Shown here one piece after another: positions 1 to 14,989 of a stretch of 64,000 bases of DNA. The translations under genes were made by a program, and so were the position numbers. The stretch's first letter is position 1, and every line of letters starts with the position of its first letter. The notes under the pieces were generated by a model. It did no database searches. It saw only the letters and a list, made by a program, of their open reading frames with translations, and had not been told where the DNA came from. This DNA is from Eledone cirrhosa. Its lineage: Eukaryota. The DNA lies in contig OZ024742.1 in NCBI GenBank assembly GCA_964016885.1, forward strand, positions 267,902,001 through 267,966,000, given 5' to 3'.

Positions 1-556
1 ATATATATATAACTTATACAATCGATTTCATATGCAATAATTATAATGTAGCCTGCGTTGACTAGCACCACTATTGTTTCCATTGTCCTTCCTTGTATAA
101 TAATTATTATAGAAATTTTTCATCTTCGTGTTATTATTTTTCTCTTGAACAATCGTTGTTGTCATAGTTGGTATTTTACTCCTAATTCCCATTCTTACTA
201 TTCGTTTTAATTATTGATTTTTATATTAACTCTATTCAGTTGTAATATATTATATTATATTTATACACACACCCACACAAACCACACACAAACAGAAACA
301 CACACACATACCCCCCCCCCCACACACACACATATATATATATATAAATAATAAATATAATATATATTCATATTTATTTTCATTTTCTATAATTCGCTTT
401 CGTTTAATGTCAAATTTCCTTTGACAGGTTTTTATGAATACGATTTCTATTTAATACATCTGCACCTACACGCACACACCCATCCACACACGCACACCCA
501 CACACAGACCCACACACATTATATAAATATATATATATATGTATATAAATATATAT

Positions 557-766
<210 letters not shown>

Positions 767-1375
767 ATTTCCTTCATATTTATTATATTTCGAAGAGTTG
801 ATTTGTATTTCCGATATATTTGTTTCATTAAAAGGACGATGAAAATATTCTTTGTGTATTTATCTATTCGTGAGCTTGTATATTTGTATACTACCCACGA
901 CGTCAGCAGAACAATTGAAATACAAAAAGGAACAAATAGCATAGAAAATAATAGAAAGAGCGAGAGAACAAGAGAACGAGAAGAGAAAGAGAGAGAATAG
1001 AGAAACATATATATGTGTAAACATATATATATACAGAGAGAGAGGGAGAGAGAGAGGGGGGGATGGCGAGAAGGTAGGGGAAACAATGAATAACGTGTAA
1101 ATGACTTAACAGAAATAATGATTGCTATATACACGTTAGTTGTCGCTTCATAAATGGCAATTATGAAGATAAGTACAGTAATAGTGATTATGATAATGAA
1201 GATGAGGATGATGTTAATGATGATTTGATGGGCATCATCATGATATTGATGGTGATGACGATGATGGTGATGTTTATGTTACGCATAATTATGCTGATGA
1301 TGATGATGTCCGCAGCGTCATCCTCACAATCATCGTTTCAATCATAAATTTCATTTCGTTCAACAGAATCAACAA

Positions 1376-1445
<70 letters not shown>

Positions 1446-1490
1446 ACTACTACTATTACTACTACTCCTACTACTTTTATTATTATTACT
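1376..1490. repeat. (CTA)n/(CTG)n trinucleotide microsatellite
   Basis: Directly visible. Confidence 0.95.
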
Positions 1491-1514
1491 ATTGTCATTA
1501 ATATTATTGTTTCA

Positions 1515-1730
1515 ATTGGCGGTATCGGGAAAGAGTCGGACAACCTGCTTAGCGACATAGAGTTACCGTTCCTTACATTCTCAGTTTAAATCCCACCGAG
1601 GTTAGCTTTCCCTTTTATCCTTACAGGGACAATAAAATAAAGAACCAGCCATGCACTGGGCTTGATTGAATCGACTTTCCCCTCCCCCGAAATTGATGGC
1701 CTTGTGCCTAAATCAGAAACCATTATTATT
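1515..1730 (+). mobile_element. SINE family 1 (TTA-tailed), diverged copy
   Basis: B-box-like GTTTAAATCCC, body CCGAGGTTAGCTTTCCCTTTTATCC...GCACTGGG and tail GGCCTTGTGCCTAAATCAGAAACC+ATTATTATT. Homologous to copies at 18985, 43694 and 44955. Confidence 0.75.
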
Positions 1731-3029
1731 GTTATTTCCATAGTGACAACAAACACTACTATATTAACCACCGTCATCCTCTCCAACAACGTTGTGTTGG
1801 TGTTTATAATCTCCCGCATCACAAGTGACAGCAGCTGCAGAAGCTCGATCAACAATATCAATTTCATCATTAATACCATCACCCTCCTCACCATCATCGT
1901 TACCAACATATTCATCAAACTATCTTAATATCCTTTCATTTGCCGTCACGTATACTGACCAACATTCCGCTAATAACATATTTTGCGAGATTAGGCATTT
2001 TTTTGACAAGATGATAGATGTCCAAATTGTTGTACTCATTGTTTCCCAGATCAGATCTGGTAACAGCACCACATAAGCAAAAACGTTTGACTCGACACCA
2101 CAAAGATTAAATTGTCCAATAACTTATTTTTTGTTGTTAATTTTCTCAAGATTTTCTAAGTGTGTTGTAAAAATATAACGTTCTCTTCAACGTTAGCACC
2201 ATTGGTTAATATTAGAAATAAATATTGCTTCTAAATAATGAATGTTTAAGTTTTTCTGTGTCAACTTTCTACCTATAATATTTGTCGATCCCCTTCTCAT
2301 ACTTTCATCAAATTCATTGTCTCATAAAGTAATATGTTAATATATTTGTTATGAAGGGTGTATTTAAAAGAGATGTGTTAACAGCACAACATAACTTTTA
2401 AAATGTCGGATGACTTACCATTTGGATATTGCGGCTTCTCTATCATTGGTTGGGCATTGTTGTGTTTAGTGATTATGTTTGCAGGAAACCCGTAATAGAA
2501 ATTTAAGATTTGATGAATAACGAATTATATCAATAACAATATTATCATTAACATTACAAAAATTCCACATTGATTTAGCTTTCAGGCAGTATAAGGCTAA
2601 AACATGAATTTAGTATTTAAAGTAGTTAGGGAGTCGATAACAACACCACGTACACAGCAACAATCTACAACTTATTCTATGAGTATCCTTATTTCGACGA
2701 ATCTATATAGGAGCCAACTTATCTGAACTGAGTTGTACAGAACCGAATCTACCTCAACGACTATTTTGTCTTTTAGCAGTTTTAATGCATAAAATCAACA
2801 GCTAAGCTCTTCAGCCTGTCACCCTGTTATCGTATGAAGATTCAATAATGCTTCCTCATCATTCTCTGCTATCCTTGATTCTACATTCTACATTCAAATT
2901 TAACTTCAAAATATGGTGTGCTTCCATTCATAGAATGCATACACGAAATCACTTATCTCTCCAAACTAATATTTAGCAGCATTGGTCTCAAATTACTCGA
3001 ATTCATATTCCTCTCTTACTAATTTCCAT

Positions 3030-3300
<271 letters not shown>

Positions 3301-3431
3301 GATAAATCTACCAAGAGTTTACGGTAGTGTACAATCCGTATGAAGAACTCAATGTATTCCGGATATCATGGAAAGAAGAGATGTAATGAAAATCCACTTT
3401 CGGTGAAAGATAAACGGTATACAGAGTCAAG

Positions 3432-3719
<288 letters not shown>

Positions 3720-4075
3720 ATAAATATATATGTGTTTTGCAACGGGTCACTTTGTGGCTCAATGAAGAATTAATAAATTAAATAATCAGAGCTATATATC
3801 ATAAAACATGTATATAGAATCGCCAGATAAAATATATACCGTTTCCTCTCCCAATTAGTATAATTAACCATATAAAAAATCAATTAGACCAAACTATAAC
3901 AATAAAGGCTCCTATGAAGAAATCGCCGACAAATAACCGAAAGCAGCCCCTTCGCAGCGGTTACGACGGATTATTGATCGAATATTTCTACAGCATGTAT
4001 AAATCGACTAGATATACAGTCAACTAAACAGAATTAGGTGTAAAATAAACTAGAAGAAAGTATACATATTTAATT

Positions 4076-4153
4076 ACCTCTATCATGGTTTCATCCGCAT
4101 TTTAAGACATCCGATAACATTGGAAATCTAGAGCTTCGGATTCTTCAGGAAGT
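4076..4153 (-). ncRNA. Minimal type I hammerhead ribozyme-like motif (degenerate copy)
   Basis: Minus strand reads ACUUC-CUGAAGA-AUCCG...CGGAU-GAAAC-CAUG-AUA-GAGGU. Confidence 0.5.
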
Positions 4154-4582
4154 TAGCTCAAATTTAGACAATTAATTTTCCTAATTGATCACGCCAAGGA
4201 TACATTCAAAAATGGCTAAGAATCGTGACGTGGCAGCGGTCAAGTTAGAAAGGATGTGATTAGTTGCTTACGGCTGGTAGGCTTTTTGCTAGAAAGCGCA
4301 GCACAATACAGCCAAAATTGTATCTCAACCTAACGGGAGATTATTACATATAAAGGTTTACACATATATATATATATATATAAAGTCATAAATATATATG
4401 TGTTTTGCAACGGGTCACTTTGTGGCTCAATGAAGAATTAAATAATATATAGCTCTGATTATTTAATTTATTAATTCTTCATCCTTTCTAACTTGACCGC
4501 TGACACATCACGATTCTTAGCCATTTTTGAATGTATTCTTGGCGCGATCACTTTGGAAAATTAATTGTCTAAATTTAAGCTA

Positions 4583-4660
4583 ACTTCCTGAAGAATCCGA
4601 AGCTCTAGATTTCCAATGTTATCGGATGTCTTAAAATGCGGATGAAACCACGGTAGAGGT
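4583..4660 (+). ncRNA. Minimal type I hammerhead ribozyme-like motif
   Basis: Stem I ACUUC/GAGGU, core CUGAAGA, stem II AUCCG/CGGAU, GAAAC, short stem III ACC-ac-GGU, cleavage triplet GUA. Confidence 0.65.
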
Positions 4661-4934
4661 AATTAAATATGTACACTTTCTTCTAGTTTATTTTACACCT
4701 AATTCTGTTTAGTTGACTGTATATCTGGTCGATTTATACATGCTGTAGAAATATTCGATAAATAATCCGTCGTAACCGCCGCGTAGGTGATGCTTTCGGT
4801 TATTTGTCGGAGATTTCTTCATAGGAGCCTTTATTCTTATAGCTTGGTCTAATTGATTTTTTATATGGTTAATTATACTAATTGGGAGAGGAAACGGTAT
4901 ATATTTTATCTGGCGATTCTATAGACATGTGTTA

Positions 4935-4974
<40 letters not shown>

Positions 4975-4977
<3 letters not shown>

Positions 4978-5640
4978 TGTATATATAGTGTATTTTGCAA
5001 TGCACTGTATGCTTAATTAAAAGCATGTTGAAGACCTTACGCTATTGTTTTAACGTAGTGAGTATGTCACTTACTTCTTTTTTCAGCAAAAAAAGGGAGA
5101 TGAGCTGACAGATCTCTGTTTCGTACTGTTGGTACTCTTCAGAGCTTAGCACTCCCTTTGCCTGCTGCAAATTATGAATGTTGGATTCTTATAGAATTCC
5201 AGTAATAATCAGGAACCGATTATACAGAGCGGTTGCAGGTCCAGCATGAATTGGAAATTAAAATTGATGCTCTGAAATAGCGATATATATATGAATGTAT
5301 ATATAGTGTATTTTGCAATACACTGTATGTTTAATTAAAAGAATTTTGAAGATCTCGGGTTATGTCTTATATAGGGAGAAAACGGGATGATTTAATTGAA
5401 TTGCTTCAGTCATTCGAAGGGCTTTACAAACGGTTATATATATACATGGTGCTTGAACAGTATCTGAATATGTTTACTCGGTTATAATTTCTTCAATAAT
5501 TGCGGTGAACTCCTAAATTATTCTGTGTTTGTTCTTGAGGGATAAGGCAGTAAGTTTGCTATTCTGATACATAGGTTTGTTGGATAAGTTCGATACTCTT
5601 CGAGCTCAAACCTCCCGGGCTTATTCACTCTGAATGAAAA
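4975..5640 (-). mobile_element. Penelope-like element 3' remnant: partial tandem pLTR (period about 320 bp) with a hammerhead, plus a degenerate ORF end
   Basis: GAATGTATATATAGTGTATTTTGCAAT occurs at about 4975 and about 5293. Minus-strand KALRMTEAIQLNHP weakly resembles a GIY-YIG C-terminal motif. Homologous to 21450-21750. Confidence 0.5.
5103..5146 (-). ncRNA. Minimal type I hammerhead ribozyme
   Basis: Minus strand reads AGCU-CUGAAGA-GUAC-caaca-GUAC-GAAAC-AGA-ga-UCU-GUC-AGCU. All three stems pair and the cleavage triplet is GUC. Confidence 0.8.
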
Positions 5641-6545
5641 CATCTGGATGGAAGAAGGACTTATGACTTAAACAGCTATTGAAAGTTCCACACAAAACAT
5701 TGGTCAACCACAAACACACCTAGCAAAGGTTGCTATTGAAATTCCAGTATGGGCACCCAGGGTCGCAAGCATTTTCAGGCGCACTCTCGGAACTGCGAAT
5801 AACGCCACCTTACCCGGATATTACCGGGTATTGCAGCTAGTACCCCCCCCCCCCCCCCCCCCACACACACACACATAGATGTATATATGTGTGTGTGTTC
5901 GGAAAATATTTTTTTGGTAAGCAGGAGAAAGCTCTCAACAATCATTTTTTTAGTTACGATGGAGAATTTTATGAAATTAACAAAATAAGATGATGAGGTT
6001 ACATATATAGTTTAATCATTACGATTATTTCCACGGTTCTCCATGCAATCGAGATGTCCTTCGTGCATTTTTCTGTTGACTATGAGAACGGTATCGCTGA
6101 TATTTTTGATATGTCGCTGGCAGGAAAAAATACACGTCCTATTGCTTGTGTGCCCAGCAGACATATAAGTTCCTTGCAGGGTTTGCAAGCCGTCGTGTTT
6201 GCTAGAAAAAGCTATCAACGAAAAAAAAAACAAAGGAACGATGAACTAGTTTCAAGATTTCAAACGTTCAATCATCTGACAGGAAGGTATACGATGCTGG
6301 CGATAGCTAATAAGCTTGAAACTAGTTCATCGCTCCTTTGTTAGAGTTGAACAAAAGTGCGACATGGTTGCCGAACACTGTACGGCTTAATTCGGGCTGT
6401 TTGTTTACAGACAAACCGAACATTATAATAAATGATCGGTAAACCCATACGTACAGGATATATATATATATACATACTATATATATATATATGTATATAT
6501 AAGTATATAAATGGAAAGGAATGAAATTACATTTCATTTCACACT

Positions 6546-6581
<36 letters not shown>

Positions 6582-8719
6582 TGCCACTAGCATAAGGTTC
6601 AAGGGACCCCAGCTTTTTAATAAGTTACCAAATCATCTGTGAGATCTACATGCACACCATGTAGATGTTTTAAAGAGACATCTCGACTTCCCGCTGTTCA
6701 CGATCCCGGACGGACCCACAACATAAGGCGAAGCGCAAATAGCGGTGGCAGCAACAAACTCCCTTTTGCATCAATGGCCGACCAAGGAAAGCTGGCTTTA
6801 GAAAGTGCAGCACCATTACCCAGCATGGCCTAAGCATGACCTCCAGTCTGTTGGAACACATAATATTACAGTACAGTATTACATAAGTAAATTTGTCACG
6901 AATATTATACTATCTCAACAAAAAGGGATAGGTAAAATAATCTCATTCATAGAAGCAAATATATATAGAGCCTCTTATACAAAATCATTGAGAGATAAAT
7001 TACAGTAAAGTAATCTTAACGAACACTTCACAAGCATCTTTCCCTTTGGGTATATTCATAGTCAAGCAACCTAAAGCATGATGCGTTAATAAGTACCTTG
7101 ATTTTGTAGATGTTCTATATGTATTCGCTTCTTTGAATGAAATTATTTTAGCAATCTCATTGTTTGCATTGTAATGTTATGTATATTGGAGACAAATTTT
7201 CTCAAGTATAATATTTACTACTCCCTAAATGGTGAGCTGATAGACGGTTTCTATAGACTGCTATTTCTAGTGGCAGTTTAGATGCGTCACTTTGTCCGCA
7301 TATACACATATTTACTTTGCTAGTAGATCTACGCATGCGTGCGGGATTACTTTTTAACCATGTGGGTTCGATGTAAACGGACGCATTAGTATTAATGTGC
7401 CCCACAACAACAAGCATTTTACATGAATATTTCATAGTACTTTTTTGTTGGGTAGAACGTTATGCAAAATTGAGTGTAACTATATAATATACCGTTATAG
7501 AGGAAACCAGCGTAAGAGAAATGGCAGAAGAATGCGGGAAAGTTGGGGAATGGAAGTCCAGTTCTCAACAAACTATAAAAATAGTAAAAATTAATGTCCA
7601 TGTTTTAATTACCTCCGAAAATTTAGCAAAGCCATAATAGTTCTCCCTCGCTGAATGCGAAATAATATGTTTAATATTGTTGGGAAAGAAACCCAACAAT
7701 ATTAAACACACCATAAACCTTTCTACCCTATAGAAGGATAATAAATGATTCACGCATCTCTATATACCGCAACCGAAGCAATGTGAGTAAAATTATTCGG
7801 CAATGATAAATGGCAGGAACGCGGAAGCTACCGTTATAACAACGACTACAAAAAATCACGAAGGAGGCTGTGCCGGAGTACCCCTGAAACAAAAAATATT
7901 TACACAAAGACAGACACAAAAAATACAAATACACGTCCATACAAATAAAGTTATAATCGTAACATCTCCATGCATCATTAACGGAGACTATAAAAAGAAA
8001 TGCACTAAAGTGTCTAAGACATTACAGAAAATACAGAGATTATAAAACTGAAGGTGCGAGAAAGAATTATAAACCAATGCCTTACCAACAAATACGGAAT
8101 GTTTGGAAACTCACAAGGCCACAAACATTGTGGGGGTGAATGAAGCAAACTTTCTCAATCATGGGTTAATTTAGAAACTGAGACTTTCCGAAGATAATGC
8201 AACTGAATTCCCGTTGTCAAAATCTTACTGGGGGTGCTATCATATCATTGACAGGCATAATACAGTAACTACGACATGATATGAACTGCCGATGTCACGT
8301 TAGATTGATTGGAAAACTTCCCTCTAGATCACCAATATTCTGAATTCAACCAATCTCAGAATTCATTATAATTGGATGGTTCTCATTGAAACTGGTTGCA
8401 AGGACAAGAAAAGAAAATCGTGTTGAATGTCAATATAGGTTCTTGAAAACAACTAGATTTATAACAAATGTCAATTTTCTTGAAAGCTTTGTGGAGGATT
8501 TGGTTTGTATATGTCACTCGATGACTTATTTGTAAGGTCAGTCAATAACATTGTGTAGCATGATGACTCATATATATAAGTAAATTTCTGCTTGGCTGAG
8601 TATACATATACCCAAACTCACACATCCACGAAAACACTCACGCAGACGTACACAAACGCATCCAAACACACAAATATAATTATATACGTACGTAAAAAAC
8701 GTATATGTACATATACATA

Positions 8720-8761
8720 TATATATGTGCGCGTGTGTGTTTGTGTGTGTGTGTATGCGTA

Positions 8762-8794
<33 letters not shown>

Positions 8795-9220
8795 GTGTTT
8801 CTGTGTTTCTGTGTGTGTGCGTGCAGAACAAAATAAAGAAGGAAATAAATGAAGAGAGAGAGAGAGAGAAAATACATAGACGGACATGGAGAACGCGAGT
8901 GGAAATGAAGCGCAGGAAACAGACTTCACAAACATAACGTATTTGGACACGCGTATATATATTGAACGTATGTGTGTATGTGTGTATGTATGTATATGCA
9001 TATATATATATATATATATATATATGCATATACATACATACACACATACACACATACGTTCAATATATAGATGTAAATATATATATATATATACATATAT
9101 ATTTATATATATATATATATACATATTTAAACACACAGATGCACTCCCATCACACACACATATATATAAATATATATATATATATATTTGTGTGTGATGA
9201 GAGTGCATGTGTGTGTATAA

Positions 9221-9297
<77 letters not shown>

Positions 9298-9496
9298 CAT
9301 TCAAATACGCATGAGTAAAAAATCACATACGTACATAGATTATGTACATGCGTAAATCTATCATTTGGATAAGTATGCCGACATGGAGAATTATTTATAT
9401 ACACAGTGATGCAATGATACATACACATGTTTACATATACAAATATAGACACCCCCCTACGCACACACATGCATACTCACGCACATTCACACACAC

Positions 9497-9541
<45 letters not shown>
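8720..9541. repeat. Compound (GT)n/(TA)n/(CA)n microsatellite field
   Basis: Directly visible. Confidence 0.9.
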
Positions 9542-9544
<3 letters not shown>

Positions 9545-10529
9545 ATAGATATTTATACCTTCAAAACCGAAAATAACTGAAAACAGTCTCTATAATAACA
9601 TTAACAATCGCATAAATATCACTACATCAGTGTCAATAACATAATAATACATCTGCCATACTAACAATAGATGAACCGCAGCCACAAGAACGAGAAAAAT
9701 TGCAATATTAATCATTATAGTAAAAATAATAAAACATTAAACACCAGTAACAACGTTAACGATAATATACGAAACAAAGAACGAAAAGAAAGTTACAAAA
9801 TATAGATACACACTCCCATCGAATTACAACACAAGAGAAAAACGAAAAATGAAAAAAATATTATAAGGCAACAACATTACCATCCGCAGTATTAGAAGCA
9901 TCAGTATTATTGAAGAAGCAAGAAGATTGCGTGATATAAAAACCTTTGTGTTAGTATTGAAAAACGGCAAGAGAAAAAAATATAATAGAACTTCTTGTCT
10001 GCATCAGACCTTTTGTTTAAAACTTAGAGGAAGTGCATCTACAGAGAGGGGTAATAACGATATTAACAATCATAATCACCAAATAAAAGAAATTAATAAA
10101 TAATAATAATGGCTGTTTTATTTTTTAATCTTACATTTTCTTCATAATATATTATCATGTTTTCTTTCAACTTCTAAATCCTCGAATATGTTTTTTTGCT
10201 TCACTGTATTTTGTTTAACAAACATGTGTGTGCGTGTTTCTCTAATTTCTACTCATTTCTATTACATTCCTTTTAAATAATTTGTCCCTTTTTCGTTTCC
10301 CACACTCTCTATTCTCTTATTTTTGATCTCTATTGCTTTTAATTGTATTCCTCTGAAATTTATGTTCAGTTCGTCATTACAATTGACACTAGATTAATGA
10401 AACCTGTATAAAATCCTACAGGCATAGATGTCACTGATAAGAAACGTTCGCTAGTGCACATGAAGGAGTATATACTGATGGATATGTTTAATCCCGCCCT
10501 CGGTGACGAATGACCATGAGATTTGTACT

Positions 10530-10748
10530 TAAAGACGTTTGTGAAAGACCAGGCCCTCGATGTTGTTCAAGAGAAAGACAATAGCTGAGACAGCTTGGAG
10601 GACGTCGCAACTCATTTCTATAGCTGAGCAAACTGCTACAACGTGAAATAAAGTATCTTCCTCAAGGACACATCGCTCAGTCTGGGAATCGAACACACAA
10701 TCTCCCGATTGCAAGCACAAACCTCTAACCACTAAGCCATGCGCCTTC
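10530..10748 (-). mobile_element. tRNA-derived SINE family 2 (CORE/V-like central domain)
   Basis: Minus-strand head GGCGCATGGCTTAGTGGTTAGAG (A box) and GTTCGATTCC (B box), then GTGTCCTTGAGGAAGATACTT, which resembles CORE/V-SINE central motifs. The 3' boundary is approximate. Confidence 0.75.
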
Positions 10749-12209
10749 ATGGGTATGTACCTATCACTAATTATATGTGGAGAAAACAGATTTTTGAAGT
10801 ATCAAATCAAAATCTAATTACAAATAATTTAAAATCCCAAAACAACAGCTAACCGAACAGCCGTTTGGTCGCACTGCAACATGTATGATATAGTAGGTAG
10901 TATCCTTTTTAAATCTTGGATTTTCAAACAGTTCGAATTCGGCCCCAAGTTATAGATGGGACAAGACACGGGATCCATAAACATATATATTTCTTTCCCT
11001 ATTACATTCCAGCAGAGAGCACGGTAAGCACTGTCCTGATGAAGGGTATAGCCAGAAACGCGTTGGCAGTTGTCGCCCGCTACTTCTGCTGGAAAACACT
11101 AGAGGCCGTTAGCCGTCAGCTTTTCAATATTCATAGCTAGATGGCTTTACAAATATTTATTCGTAAACATAATGCATATCATTAGATATACGAAATTCAC
11201 ACACATACACATACACGCCCCCCCCCCATATATATAAATATATATATGTATATATACAGCTGCTTCGGAGTTAAAAGTTAATATATATATATATATGTGC
11301 GTTTGTGTGTTGTGCGTGTGTGTGCCCGTACGCGTGCCTTTTGGCGTAAATATGCATATATTTTCCCTCAAATGGCGTATTTTGGAAAGATCTACCGCCC
11401 ACGTAAACGGGTCGACATTTTGTCAGCTTTGTAATTCCGAAAAATGGTGTAAGCTCTCACAATTAGTTTTGGATATGCGCTGTCTCAACACACGACTCGA
11501 TGGCTTTGGCATTGTCCCTATGTGAAGAAATATATTTTGGATAAATGGCTTAGACCTGACTAATAGGTCCAGAAGTATCTTTCGAGTTACTGACTATATT
11601 GTATTTCAATGAAACGTGATCCCTAGAGTCAACTGGAAGAAATTATTGAGCTTTTATTTCCATTCTGAATTGAGTGTGGTCCCTCAAGGGTTACATCCCT
11701 AAGATCTTACACTATTTTTTTTAAATAACCACTTTTATCTATACTTTTTCTAAATTGCATGCCCCTGCGTGAACTCTCTTGTTATATCCGCATAGGGAAA
11801 GCACAACCAACCATAGGCGGCCATCTTTGTCTTTCACTTTTCTCATGACAGGCTGAAGAAATTGGGGCCCAGAACCCAATGAAACTTGAGTACCTGTTTA
11901 TGTCACTATTGTAAATATTTATGCTAGCAGAAACCCACCCGAAGGGTGGTTTTCTGTTAGCATGTGTAGTGTGTATATTTGTTAGTATACGCAAATATAT
12001 ATACGCAAATAAATATATGTCAAATAAAATCGCAATTGACAATATCCACAGAAATTGAAGAGAGTCTGCGTTAAACTATTTTCTGCAATCAGTAAAGTAA
12101 CCCGTGATACATTTGAAAAAGACGATATTATATATAAACTGCATTAGGAGAAAATTAGTGACGGAAATATATGCGACGTTTTTATAAGTGTTATAATATC
12201 ACGGGCGCT

Positions 12210-12361
12210 AACTGGAAATGTTGACATTTGATAATTTTAAAGAAGTGAATCTTTAAATAAGCAATAAAATTATTTATATTTAATCAACTGGAAATGTTGA
12301 CATTTGAAAATTTTAAAGAAGTGAATCTTTAAATAAGCAATAAAATTATTTATATTTAATC
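12210..12361. repeat. 76-bp tandem duplication (2 copies)
   Basis: AACTGGAAATGTTGACATTTGA...TATATTTAATC repeated with one mismatch. Confidence 0.9.
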
Positions 12362-12840
12362 AAGAGTTAGGAAATTTAGTACATAAATTATGGAATATTC
12401 ATTCATTATTTATTCAAAGTAATCCAACTTATTTTACAAACGGGATAAAATCATATTCTGGACGCAGTCCCGCACTTCTTTCTTTATTATAGTTAATACT
12501 AGCAGAATGGCCCGGCGTTGCTCAGGATTTGCTCTAGGGTTCTTATATATTTGATATATATTTATCCTTCTCGAGCCTCGTGAAGTAAATACGTTTGTTT
12601 ATATGTTGTTATTGTGTATGCAAAAATATCTGTACACGAATATATAAATAACAGTACAGAGAAGTACGGAATACCTCGGCCTCGAGTTGGTGTCTACATT
12701 TTGTGCTTATAAAAAAAGTTCGTCGTACATTACCAGGGTTTTTTTCCGTTCGAAGAAAATCAATACTTTATCGCGAAATAAATACTTTATTATATATGTG
12801 TATGCAAAACGAATATATAATTATATATATATATATATAT

Positions 12841-12956
12841 TAAAAGAACAGATTACAGTTTAACCAAAGAATCGCTGCTTTTACCTTTAACGGGATCTTC
12901 TGAAACTAAAATAATAAATATGTGAACGCAGAAGTAAATATTTCGAAAAACGTTAC
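12841..12956. repeat. Interspersed repeat abutting (TA)n, with a second copy at about 14476-14594
   Basis: ACAGATTA...AAAGAATCGCTGCTTT...TTAACGGGATCTTCTGAAACTAAAA...GCAGAAGTAAATATTTC is present in both places. Confidence 0.7.
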
Positions 12957-13367
12957 ACACTATATATATACACACACTATATATACATACACACATAGAC
13001 ACACACCGTGTCATAATGACGTAATGCAGACAGACAGGCATACATACAAATATTATAAGGGCGCAACGTAATATCTATCTAAACAGAGAAAGACAAAGAG
13101 AGACATAAAGAGATCGCTAAATAGGCTAATGCGGTCCATAGGGCATTGGAAATATGAAATTATGTTGATCAGACCACTCAATAGGACCATAAGTATTACA
13201 TGTCTCATGCATGGGTATATGATGTGTATGTTTGTGTATACCCAGTGAAGCATGGACAATTGGATGTAAAATATGATGATTATATATGTATCTACACACA
13301 TACATACATACACATACATATATATATACCCATATACACATACATACACACACACACACACACTCAT

Positions 13368-13445
<78 letters not shown>

Positions 13446-13628
13446 TTATACATATATATACATACATACATCATCATCATCGGAAGATGGAGGCTAAACG
13501 ATGATGATTATGTATGTATGTGTATATATATATATATATATAGGAACAAGTAAGACCCCGACGGCTGAGCTCAAGCCGTTTCGACGGCTAATTCTGGTCC
13601 ACCTGGTTCCTTACCACATTTCCTTCGT

Positions 13629-13661
<33 letters not shown>

Positions 13662-14396
13662 GTGTATGTATGTGTGTGTATATCTGTATATATATAAAGA
13701 CGAAGTTTTCTGTATATGTGTGTGTGGACAATTTTAAATGAGGGCTCATATATTCTAAACCATTCATGCGATTTCTTTGAAATTTTTTACAGAGCTTCTC
13801 CTTGCACATAACCTGTACATGATCTACAAAGGCTTTCAGAAATCGATATTGGAGCCTTTGGAGACATTAAAAAAGTTTCGGTTATTTGTGTGAATTTTCG
13901 TGATTAAGTAAGACAAGAGTTATCTTTAAGCAAGACAAGAGTTATCTTTCGTAATTAGGCTCATTTGGATTTTAATTTACTCTTTGTACTTGAAACGAAA
14001 GGTACGCTTCCTTGAGACTAACAATATCATTTTGTATATTTCACAACCAGCAATTTCTAACAGATTAGTAAGCTAAGTTATAGATTTGACATTGTATAAT
14101 TTATCGTTTCAATCTTGATGTTCATGCATGAAGTGATGTCATAACTTTTACTATATTATGCTTTGTACATAATAGTGTCTATTATTCACCTCACTTCTCT
14201 ATTTCATGATGCGCTTTTACTGTTGTCAAAAAAGACATCGAGCTCACATATTAATTATTTTTCTGGAATTGTGCCTAAGGTTTTCAAGTTTACATAAATT
14301 ACGTTTTTCTTCTATATATTCAAATTTACTTTGTTTAGTTTAATGAGCTACATCGAAAGCTACTTGAACCGTCCAAAGGACGAGTAGTTTAGCTAG

Positions 14397-14475
<79 letters not shown>

Positions 14476-14619
14476 TAAAATAACAGATTAAACTTTAAGT
14501 AAAGAATCGCTGCTTTCCCCCTTAACGGGATCTTCTGAAACTAAAAAAAATCAATCTGTAAAGGCAGAAGTAAATATTTCTAAAAACGTTGCAATCGAAG
14601 GAAGACGATATATTGGTTT

Positions 14620-14900
14620 GTGGAGACGTTCCCTGGCAAAGAACGGAAACAAATGAAGATAATACATCATTATTTGGATCGGTGAGAACAATTACACGCA
14701 AAGACAAAACCACGTTTATGGTATAAATGAAGTCGTAGACTAATATTCTATTAGGTGGTTCGTGGAGACATTCCAAGGCAAGGAATGGAAAAAAACGAAG
14801 ATAATACGTCATTATGTGGACCGTGGAGATCAATTACATGCACAGACAAAACCACGTTCATGGTATAACTGATGTCGTAGACTAAAATTCTATTTAGGAA
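14620..14900. repeat. Diverged tandem repeat of about 142 bp (2 copies)
   Basis: GTGGAGAC...GAAGATAATAC...CAATTACA...GACAAAACCACGTT...GTCGTAGACTAA occurs twice. Confidence 0.8.
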
Positions 14901-14989
14901 ACTGAAGGATTCTCTGCTTCAGAGTTAAGAATAATGTAAATAAATATATATATATATATATATATATACAGAGTGAAAAAAGTGTTGAC

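Larger units (their letters stand above)
3790..4940. repeat. Imperfect inverted repeat with arms of about 460 bp (approx. 3790-4257 and 4480-4940), resembling a Penelope pseudo-LTR pair
   Basis: Arms are reverse complements with scattered substitutions. The spacer re-duplicates 3652-3797. The structure is flanked by (TA)n and each arm carries a hammerhead motif. Confidence 0.85.

Noticed and set aside
10680-10748. tRNA gene
   Set aside because: A and B boxes are present, but the sequence continues into a SINE body and no clean cloverleaf is evident.
12497-12530. ACTAGCAGAATGGCCCGGCGTTGCTCAGG, resembling a Helentron/DINE-like terminus
   Set aside because: A single short motif. No matching opposite end could be identified.
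13553-13612. Possible hammerhead (minus strand GAAACGGCTTGAGCTCAGCCGTC)
   Set aside because: Only the GAAAC-stem III-GUC half is present. No CUGANGA core was found upstream.
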